Assembly: GCA_037308085.1 (NCBI GenBank)
Contig: CP147779.1
Location: forward strand, 32,001 to 96,000
Reading direction: 5' to 3'
Origin: Promethearchaeati archaeon SRVP18_Atabeyarchaeia-1
GTDB taxonomy: Archaea > Asgardarchaeota > Atabeyarchaeia > Atabeyarchaeales > Atabeyarchaeaceae
Length of the DNA stretch: 64,000 nucleotides
Shown: one piece after another, positions 18,923 to 26,464 of the stretch
Layout: every line of letters starts with the position of its first letter
Numbering within the stretch: the first letter of the stretch is position 1
Notes under the pieces: generated by a model
The model's input: the letters and a program-made list of their open reading frames with translations, nothing else
Told to the model about the DNA's origin: nothing
Database searches by the model: none
Made by a program: the position numbers and the translations under genes

Positions 18923-20008
18923 TTAGAAGAGCACTCTACGAAGTTCCTCTTCTATTCTTTCAAGCTCCTCGTGCGGAACCCCCAGATTCTTGATCATGTC
19001 TTCGTTCGGCATTTCTACGCCGCTTTCGCTGGCAGCTATCTTAGCTGCGACAACGAAATCCACCGTGGTCAGTTTTCCACTCACTGAGGGGTTTCTCAGC
19101 CGCTCCTTCTTAAGCTCGTTAAGGAGCTTGGCCATCGTGCAGATTATGTTGAAGTTTAGGTTGCTTTCCTTTGCGACTGAGATAAGTTGGAAGATCTCCT
19201 CACTGGTCAGCATGGAGTAGAATGTCCTTATGTATCCCATCATATTCTGCTCGTTTAGCTCGCACTCAACTCTTCCCCACTCATTTATGGAGAACAGTTT
19301 GCGCCGGTAGATGGACTGAAAGTCTATGCCCATGCTCTGAAGGAGTTTCACCACTGTATCAGTGAGTTCGTTAACGGTCACCAGAATGTAGTGCTGGAGA
19401 CCATATGCGATGTGCTGCTCCATGGCGTAGATCGACTTCTGGGACATGCTAGCCAGTAACTTTGCTCTAACGGAGCGCACATCACTCAGAGACCTGTTCA
19501 GCGACGCTTCAAAAAAAACTAGGTTCGCTTCTTTCATATCATAGTTTCTCACCGTGAATCCGACCACGGAGTCTTTATGCGCGCCAACAAACTCTTCCAA
19601 TCCGTGCACGGTCGGGCTTATTCCCAACTCTCTAAGGTCTTTCTCATCGAGTGTCACGTAGTCATTCAAACTTCTACCATAGCAGAGGCGAACTGAATCG
19701 ATGTTGAGCCCATAGTCCTTTCCGAGCGCGCTTTTCAGGGCGTAGTCAATCTGAAAAACCTCACTGAATATATCCGGAGAGGCAACAACTTGTTCCCATG
19801 GCTGTGGCTCGACACCCGGCATGAAGTTAACCACGGGTGCCTCTGAGGCGGTTACATGTATCTTGTACTTAGTGAGTTCCTTCTTCACGGTGTAAACGAT
19901 GTCGCGCGCCCTGTGCGAGGCTATGACTGAAGTGGTATCATTGACCACGGCTCTGAATTCTTTCTGGCTTCGGATAACCGGCTCGAAGCGCTTCCAGTTT
20001 ATCTCCAA
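18923..20008 (-). CDS. hypothetical protein with possible C-terminal TFIIB/cyclin-like helical repeat
   Basis: 361-aa ORF with GAGGAG RBS; C-terminus SGKLTTVDFVVAAKIAA...NLGVPHEELERIEEELRR resembles a TFB repeat. Confidence 0.55.
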   Translation of the reverse strand: MEINWKRFEPVIRSQKEFRAVVNDTTSVIASHRARDIVYTVKKELTKYKIHVTASEAPVVNFMPGVEPQPWEQVVASPDIFSEVFQIDYALKSALGKDYGLNIDSVRLCYGRSLNDYVTLDEKDLRELGISPTVHGLEEFVGAHKDSVVGFTVRNYDMKEANLVFFEASLNRSLSDVRSVRAKLLASMSQKSIYAMEQHIAYGLQHYILVTVNELTDTVVKLLQSMGIDFQSIYRRKLFSINEWGRVECELNEQNMMGYIRTFYSMLTSEEIFQLISVAKESNLNFNIICTMAKLLNELKKERLRNPSVSGKLTTVDFVVAAKIAASESGVEMPNEDMIKNLGVPHEELERIEEELRRVLF

Positions 20009-20252
20009 GTGAATCTCCTCATGCCACTTGTGCTTGATGAATCTGACGGAAGAGTACTTTGAGTTTGCTTGAACTAGTATATTGTCTTACTAGGGTTAAT
20101 AATGTTTGCACAAAGATTAAGAACTGACTTCAATGTATATGCGATATTGGCAAGGCTACCTTGGCGGAACTTGTTCGACGGAGACGCAGAAAGAGTTCCA
20201 CAGGGCAAGCTCCTACTCCCCATTTCTCTTCTCATCGCGAGGGTGCCTATCG

Positions 20253-20993
20253 ATGGCTAAAGTCTTCTCTTCTGGCGACTTAAGTGAGCTCTCTAATTCT
20301 GTTATGGACTTAGTGGGCAAGAAGGTGGGGAGAAGACCCGGCGAGAAGCCACCCCTCAGTCTTGCTGATGTCCAGGACCAGATCAGGGCGGCAACGGAAT
20401 ATATGCGCCTTTCTGACTTGTGTAAGGAGAAGAGCGACAACTGGTTTGCACTGGCCTATCTCGTGGAGAACTTGAAGTACTACAGCTCGGTTACTGACAT
20501 GGGCAAGTGCGGTCACCTTCTTCTTGAAATGGCGGACTGCCTATTTTTGTGCAAGGAAACTACCCTATCAAGCAGATTCTGCCGTGAAGCAACAACTCTT
20601 CTAGTCGGAAGCAAGGGCCAGTACGAATGGGCAGTTGGAATGGCGGCAATAGGAGAGCTTCTCCTCACGGCTGTGCTCCTGAGTACAGAGAACTACAAGG
20701 AAGCATCGGAGACCCTGCGAGAGTTCAGAGCGATACTGACGCCCAAGGAGAAAAGACTGATTGCAAGCGAGGATGCGCACAGAGTTGCCCGCAGGCTCCT
20801 CGCTGCCTATAGGAAAAGAAACCTTAAGCCAGTTCAGGAACTTGAAGAGATACCACCTCGCAGAAAGAGAACTGAGGAAAACAACCTTCACTGCCTCCTC
20901 AACGAATGGATGGGGCGTTACGGCTCTGTGAAGGCAGCTGTAGAAAGAATAACGGTCTTGTGTTCCGAGAATCTCAAGAAGCCTGAGCATTAG
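20253..20993 (+). CDS. alpha-helical TPR/SNAP-like protein
   Basis: Likely start MAKVFSSG after GAGGGTG; repeated helical hairpins with small residues (A/G/C) at TPR-like spacing. Confidence 0.55.
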   Translation: MAKVFSSGDLSELSNSVMDLVGKKVGRRPGEKPPLSLADVQDQIRAATEYMRLSDLCKEKSDNWFALAYLVENLKYYSSVTDMGKCGHLLLEMADCLFLCKETTLSSRFCREATTLLVGSKGQYEWAVGMAAIGELLLTAVLLSTENYKEASETLREFRAILTPKEKRLIASEDAHRVARRLLAAYRKRNLKPVQELEEIPPRRKRTEENNLHCLLNEWMGRYGSVKAAVERITVLCSENLKKPEH

Positions 20994-21157
20994 TTTCTCG
21001 CGGTTCAATGCAGAACTAGCAATAGAGCAAGCATGAGTGGCGACTCGTCTTTGGCTCTTCCTATGATCATCCGAACGCCCAATCGTCACACGGGGATAAA
21101 GTCGTCATCGTCGCCATCCTAGGCTAGGTCAAGCCGCAATATTAAATCTAGCCCTAA

Positions 21158-21991
21158 TCAATGCCCAGCTCTCTGTTTCCATTCACTGATCTTGTATCTC
21201 AGATCTTGCAGATTTCCGAATCCTCTTTTCCATTGCTGAACTTCCTTTCCAATTTCGAAGACCAGTGTCCCTCCGCCCTTGGCCCTCTGCTCTACAAGTT
21301 CTTTGAGGGCTTGGATGGCCTGGGAAACGAGTTCGGGAGTCCTGACTAGGCTGATGTAGTGCTCAACTTCGTCGAATATCTTGTCGGTGGGCAGGGCTCG
21401 CCAAGCCTCTATGTCAGGCATTTTGAGGGCGCCTGGAATTGCCAAGAGCGAGCCGCGAATCTGTACCGCCCCTTCCCGCAACAGGATTTCAATTGCCTTG
21501 TTTATCGTGATCAGGTCGAGCCCTGCAAGTCTTGCCAACTCGTTTACGTCCATGCTTCCTCTCTCTGTGAGGATGAGCAGAGCCCTATGTTTTATTGAGC
21601 CGTTTCTTAGAATGAATTCTCTAGCTTTGTCACCGACGCCAGGCTCCGCGGCTAACAGCCTGAACAACAAGCTCTCAACTTCATCGTAGCTTCTTGAGAG
21701 AGATTCAACTTCCTGCTCAAGAAACTTCAGTCTGGTCGTGGTTGCTTCCCCAAAGCTCGGGTTCAGCTCAATATCTTTTATGCGCCTGAGAGACAACTCC
21801 AGTTCGGCTTTTCCTTTCTTGCAGTCCGCCAAGGCTTCTCCGAGAGAAGACATCTCAGCAAGGATTCTGTTCCTCTCTTGCAGAAGTGAATTGTAGTTGT
21901 ACTCGAGCTGCCGCAACTCCGAAGCTGGATCTGGTTTTGACCGATCATCATCTGGCGAAGGCAAAGAATTCCCCCTAAGAAAATGTGTCAC
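21158..21991 (-). CDS. coiled-coil + winged-helix protein
   Basis: Heptad-rich N-half; GSMDVNELARLAGLDLITINKAIEILLREGAVQ wHTH. Confidence 0.65.
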   Translation of the reverse strand: MTHFLRGNSLPSPDDDRSKPDPASELRQLEYNYNSLLQERNRILAEMSSLGEALADCKKGKAELELSLRRIKDIELNPSFGEATTTRLKFLEQEVESLSRSYDEVESLLFRLLAAEPGVGDKAREFILRNGSIKHRALLILTERGSMDVNELARLAGLDLITINKAIEILLREGAVQIRGSLLAIPGALKMPDIEAWRALPTDKIFDEVEHYISLVRTPELVSQAIQALKELVEQRAKGGGTLVFEIGKEVQQWKRGFGNLQDLRYKISEWKQRAGH

Positions 21992-22082
21992 CGCGATAAG
22001 TAGTGCTAAAATCTTTAAAGTGTTTGGTGCTGTTACCTCTTCGGTTGGTGAGCTTAAATAGGGCTACGGGTCACCTAGTTTC

Positions 22083-23309
22083 ATGCAGGCATTTAAGGCG
22101 GTGCAGATACCATATGAGCCCACAGGCGATGTTCTCAGCCTCCTCGAAGCCTTCAAAACCATGGTCAACCACTGTATCCACGCCGGTATAGAGAAGAACG
22201 TGACGTCAAGACTCGGACTACAACATGAGGTATACCACCAGCTAGGCGGCTTCGGCCTCCACACTTGGTATAGCCTCTCAGCCATCGAGACTGCCACCGC
22301 CATTTTGAAGAACTACCGGAAAGCGAAGAGAAAGCGGCAGGACATTAGGGTGCCGAGAGCCACGAAGCTTATGGCTAAACTGGGAAACCAAGCCTACAAG
22401 GTTGTCGACGGCAAGCTGAGAATTCCGATCAAGCCCAGAGAGTACTACTATGTCCCCCTGCATAGGAGGGCGGCGCAGTTCCTATCGGACGCCGCACTCA
22501 AGTTAGGCTCAATAACCTTGGCACCTTGCACGGTTTCAGTGGCTTTCTCCAAGACCGCTGAGATTACCGAACCAGGGAGATACGTGGCGTATGACACGAA
22601 CGAACGCTCAATAGATGGAGCCTACATGAGAGGGTGCGGAGAACTGGCCGTTAAAAGCCACGACTTGTCAAGGGTTTCAGAGGCTAGGCACGGCTACTTT
22701 GAGCGGGTGCGGCGAGTCCAAGCTAAGTACGCCAAGGACAGGCGAGTAGCATGGAAAATCGAGAGGAAGTGGTTCGCCAACCAGAACAAAAAGGTTAGCA
22801 CGGTTCTACACCAAACGAGTTCAGCCATAGTCAAGCAAGCGAAGAACAATAAGCAGGGAATCATCCTCGAAGACCTTAAACATATCCGTAGTGCAGTTAA
22901 TCTGAAGGTTTTAGCCGTCAACAACTTCAATGGAAGAACCCAGTTGGTGGGCAGGCACTCCAAGAAATTGAGGCGGAGGCTCAACTCGTGGGGCTTCAGA
23001 AAGCTGCAGGGCTTCATCGAGTATAAGGCTCTCTGGGAAGGAGTCAAAGCCCTCAAAGTAAACCCTCGGAACACTTCTAGGGTGTGCGCGGTGTGTGGGT
23101 GCGTCATGCAAGACCCGAAAGCGAAGGCCCTGGGCTGTTGTGGGGTAGACCGCCACGTGAATGCTGGCCTGAATATGCTTAGAATCCAGGATGAAGGCCT
23201 GTGGTTCAGGCTGGATCGCTCCGCACGTGTAGCCGTGATTAGCCCCCTAAGAAGGGCTATGAGCCAGAGCGGAGAAGCTATCCCAAACGGTAATCAACCG
23301 AAGAGGTAA
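22083..23309 (+). CDS. tnpB: TnpB family RNA-guided RuvC protein (IS200/IS605 OrfB-like)
   Basis: RuvC-I YVAYDTN, RuvC-II IILEDL, LNSWGFRKLQGFIEYKA, VNPRNTSRVCAVCG..CCG Zn finger, RuvC-III DRHVNAG. Confidence 0.93.
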   Translation: MQAFKAVQIPYEPTGDVLSLLEAFKTMVNHCIHAGIEKNVTSRLGLQHEVYHQLGGFGLHTWYSLSAIETATAILKNYRKAKRKRQDIRVPRATKLMAKLGNQAYKVVDGKLRIPIKPREYYYVPLHRRAAQFLSDAALKLGSITLAPCTVSVAFSKTAEITEPGRYVAYDTNERSIDGAYMRGCGELAVKSHDLSRVSEARHGYFERVRRVQAKYAKDRRVAWKIERKWFANQNKKVSTVLHQTSSAIVKQAKNNKQGIILEDLKHIRSAVNLKVLAVNNFNGRTQLVGRHSKKLRRRLNSWGFRKLQGFIEYKALWEGVKALKVNPRNTSRVCAVCGCVMQDPKAKALGCCGVDRHVNAGLNMLRIQDEGLWFRLDRSARVAVISPLRRAMSQSGEAIPNGNQPKR

Positions 23310-23316
23310 CAGAACC
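23190..23316 (+). ncRNA. putative omegaRNA/reRNA scaffold overlapping tnpB 3' end
   Basis: Nested hairpins GGCCTG/CAGGCT (23196-23212), CTCCGC/GCGGAG (23219-23274), TAGCCC/GGGCTA (23240-23259) immediately inside the right end, where TnpB guide scaffolds are normally encoded; boundaries inferred. Confidence 0.5.
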
Positions 23317-23404
23317 AAGTGTTTTGATCACTATCTAGTTGTGCAGGTCTTCTCACAGTTGAGTTTATCTTTTGGAGAATAGAAAGTGGCTTGGATGAGG
23401 AAGA

Positions 23405-24553
23405 ATGGGCTTGCATGCTGGACGACTATCACTCAGTGACTTGGCTACCTATTTTTGGTCCGTTCAGGCGGCCGAATACATCAGAGAAAAGGAAGTCGAC
23501 GTCAGGGCGCTTGATGGGTATGAGGATGTTATCTCCGAGTCGGAGTCGTGGATCAACGCAACGCTGGAAAAGGGGCTTCTATCTCCAAATCCCAGTGGAA
23601 AACCCGAGACTACCATGCTTGCATACCCAACTGCCAGGATGTTTATCTCCATTCTCGGAAACGAGTATGTTCTGAGGAGATTCGCGAACGCCGTCTCTAA
23701 GTATGCTGGAGCCATGCTGGACAAGGAAGATGATGAGAAGGTCCTCTTGCTAGCAACCACTCCCGGCAACATTGCAGAAAGACCTTGGCAACTGGTGTTT
23801 CAGAAAGCAACACCCACAAGGAAAGACCATATCGCCGGCATGATTTATGAATGGAAGTTGTTCTTCACCGATTACGTTAGCGTCGCACAGAACTTCCACG
23901 ACGATAAATGGAAGTTGGTCAATAGACGCATGAAAGCGGGCTGGGTTTATCTCCTAAAATCTGACATAGCCCGACTAATGGAAGAATCTCTGAAGGCGAG
24001 AATAAGCAAAGGAGGTCTTAAGTCCGCCAGAGAGCTCCCGTCCCCAGAAGACTTGCCACCCAATCTGAAGATGGTTTTTGAGAGAATATCTGGCAAGGTC
24101 AAGAAATGGTCAAGCGAATTCCAAACCTATGATCTCCAGGCATCGGGCGCTGGCGAAATAGCCTACCCAGGCTGCATAAAACAGATCCTCGACAAACTTG
24201 GCAAAGGGATGGGCGTGAGCCACAACGAGAGGCTGGCCCTTGTCTTCTTCCTTTCAAACATAGGCAAAGACGTCGACGAAATCCTGCAGGTCTTCTCCAA
24301 GACTCCCGACTTCGATGCTCAGCGATCCAGATACTACGTTGAGCACGCAATGGGCTTTAGGGGTGGAGGTACAAAGTACAAGCCCTATGGCTGCCCAAAG
24401 CTAAAAACATATGGGATATGCAACCCCCAAGATGACTGGTGTAGAAACGGAAGGATAGGCTCCCGCATCCTCAGAGGACCTATCGGCTACTATAAGACCA
24501 AGAGCTGGCAGCTATCTGGAAAGAACGAGGAAGAAAAAGCAGAAAAAAGCTGA
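23405..24553 (+). CDS. priL: DNA primase large subunit
   Basis: WKLVNRRMKAGWVYL, YPGCI, SHNERL, PDFDAQRSRYYVEH, YGCPKL..GIC..C Fe-S domain. Confidence 0.93.
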   Translation: MGLHAGRLSLSDLATYFWSVQAAEYIREKEVDVRALDGYEDVISESESWINATLEKGLLSPNPSGKPETTMLAYPTARMFISILGNEYVLRRFANAVSKYAGAMLDKEDDEKVLLLATTPGNIAERPWQLVFQKATPTRKDHIAGMIYEWKLFFTDYVSVAQNFHDDKWKLVNRRMKAGWVYLLKSDIARLMEESLKARISKGGLKSARELPSPEDLPPNLKMVFERISGKVKKWSSEFQTYDLQASGAGEIAYPGCIKQILDKLGKGMGVSHNERLALVFFLSNIGKDVDEILQVFSKTPDFDAQRSRYYVEHAMGFRGGGTKYKPYGCPKLKTYGICNPQDDWCRNGRIGSRILRGPIGYYKTKSWQLSGKNEEEKAEKS

Positions 24554-24572
24554 TAGCAGGAACGACTTTAAC

Positions 24573-25817
24573 ATGAACGCGGAAACAGCGGTCTACCTGA
24601 ATTCGATGTTCATGGAGTACTATGAGACAAGAGGTTCTTCGATGGTGGTAGCCCCGAAGGATCTAATTGAGAGGGAATTTGCGTTTACATACTTTGGAAG
24701 GGAGGGAATGTTCAGGCACCTGGGGTTCAGGGGTCCTGAGGAGCTCCTATCGAGCCTGAGAGTAAATGGTCCGTCACACTCCTATTTCAGCGCAGCTCAC
24801 TACGTGGATCCAGACGCGGGCACCATGGGGCAGAAGGGGTGGAAGGGTACGGATCTGATATTCGATATCGACGCAGATCATCTAGATGTGACGTGTAAAG
24901 ACAAGCATGATAGGTGGTTATGCAAAGATTGTGGGAATGCTGGTCTGGGAGCGAGACCAGAGAAGTGCCCTGCTTGTCAGTCTCAGAAGATCGATGATGA
25001 GATGTGGCTGTGCGACAACTGCATCGGGCAGGCGAAACTCGAGACGCTGAAGTTGATTGAGATCCTTTGCAACGATTTTGGCTTCTCAAGGAAGGACGTT
25101 GAGGTCACTTATACTGGGCATAGAGGATATCACACTAAGGTTACCTCACCAAGCATCTACTTTCTGACTGCAAGCGAGAGAAGAGAGATCGTGGACTACA
25201 TCACCGCAAGAGGAATCGATCTTCAGGCATATGGACTCATGGGGAAAGATCCCCACAGTAGGAGGAATCTTACAGGCCCCGGAAAAGATGACATAGGGTG
25301 GGGTTCAAGAATATACAGATCTGTCGTTGAGATGATCGAGAAAGGAGAAGCACCTTTTCAGGAGCTGGAGAACAAGGACATGGTACTGCGAGAAATGGCG
25401 GCAGCCCGATGGGACCAAGTGAATAGAGTCGCTCTGAAGAAGTGGAACAAACTCGTGATGAAAGCCATAGATCGGGACGGTATCGCACACATTGATGAGC
25501 CAGTGACGACCGACATTCACAGGCTGATCAGGTTGCAGGGAAGCCTCCACGGTAAGACTGGCTTCATTGTCACCAAGGTCGATGATTTGGAGTCGTTCGA
25601 GCCATTTCGAGATGCCATAGCTTTCGGATCAAGTGAGACGGTCACAGTCCACATAGATAAGAGCAAAGCGGCTCACTCATTTCGTATAGGAGATCAGACG
25701 TACGGACCATTCGTGGAGGAGAAATGCCAGCTGCCAATGGAGTTCGCCATTTTCTTCATGTGTAAGGGGGTCGCAGAAATCGAACGAGAAGGCGAGGCAC
25801 CCGCCTACCGAGGCTGA
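24573..25817 (+). CDS. priS: DNA primase catalytic subunit with inserted Zn ribbon
   Basis: REFAF, DLIFDIDADHL, YTGHRGYH, IDEPVTTDIHRLIRL.GSLHGKTG. Confidence 0.95.
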   Translation: MNAETAVYLNSMFMEYYETRGSSMVVAPKDLIEREFAFTYFGREGMFRHLGFRGPEELLSSLRVNGPSHSYFSAAHYVDPDAGTMGQKGWKGTDLIFDIDADHLDVTCKDKHDRWLCKDCGNAGLGARPEKCPACQSQKIDDEMWLCDNCIGQAKLETLKLIEILCNDFGFSRKDVEVTYTGHRGYHTKVTSPSIYFLTASERREIVDYITARGIDLQAYGLMGKDPHSRRNLTGPGKDDIGWGSRIYRSVVEMIEKGEAPFQELENKDMVLREMAAARWDQVNRVALKKWNKLVMKAIDRDGIAHIDEPVTTDIHRLIRLQGSLHGKTGFIVTKVDDLESFEPFRDAIAFGSSETVTVHIDKSKAAHSFRIGDQTYGPFVEEKCQLPMEFAIFFMCKGVAEIEREGEAPAYRG

Positions 25818-25838
25818 AACGGAGTGAGGAGACAGGCC

Positions 25839-26240
25839 ATGAGGAAGGGTCCAGCCCTGACAGTCGACATATTGATTCAAAGTCATGGTGGATCGGTTGT
25901 CCTAGTTAAGCGACGAAATCCTCCCTTCAAAGGCGAATGGGCGATTCCTGGCGGCTTCGTGGAATACGGCGAAACAGTTGAGGCGGCAGCCAAGCGCGAG
26001 GCGAAAGAAGAGACCGGCTTGGAGGTCGAACTCATCAAGATTATAGGCGTCTATTCTGACCCGAACAGGGATCCCAGGGGTCACACGGTCACAATATGCT
26101 TCCTTGCGCGCCAAGTGGGAGGCGAGCTTCGAGCGGACTCTGACGCAGAGAGTGTCAGAACTTTCCAGTCATCGTCGCTGCCAGCCAGACTCGCCTTCGA
26201 CCACGATCGCATTCTAGCTGATGCTGGCATCAAAAGATGA
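25839..26240 (+). CDS. NUDIX hydrolase (ADP-ribose pyrophosphatase-like)
   Basis: GGFVEYGETVEAAAKREAKEETGL Nudix box, RDPRGH, LAFDH. Confidence 0.93.
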   Translation: MRKGPALTVDILIQSHGGSVVLVKRRNPPFKGEWAIPGGFVEYGETVEAAAKREAKEETGLEVELIKIIGVYSDPNRDPRGHTVTICFLARQVGGELRADSDAESVRTFQSSSLPARLAFDHDRILADAGIKR

Positions 26241-26464
26241 GTAACTCTTTTCCGCAGCGTATCCAGCTAGGAAAAACCCTTATGTGGCGATCGGGGAAGG
26301 ACGGGTTCATGATGCGTCTCTGGTGACCTCTTTCTCAAGCCAAAGTGCCATCTTCCTCTTGCAACATGTCAAAGATTTAATATAGGTATTAGTGATATAG
26401 AGGAATCTCGAGTTTGAAGGTATAATATCATCATCTGAAATAGAGTGATCTAGAATAGAATAGT

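Larger units (their letters stand above)
22026..23316 (+). mobile_element. non-autonomous TnpB-only element with 22-bp terminal inverted repeats and 8-bp target-site duplication
   Basis: Left TIR GGTGCTGTTACCTCTTCGGTTG (22026-22047); right TIR 23295-23316 reverse-complements to GGTTCTGTTACCTCTTCGGTTG (21/22 identical); direct repeat AAGTGTTT at 22018-22025 and 23317-23324; no transposase inside. Confidence 0.92.

Noticed and set aside
22026-23316. Cas12f/CRISPR system
   Set aside because: No repeat-spacer array or cas genes anywhere in the window; TIR/TSD context indicates a transposon
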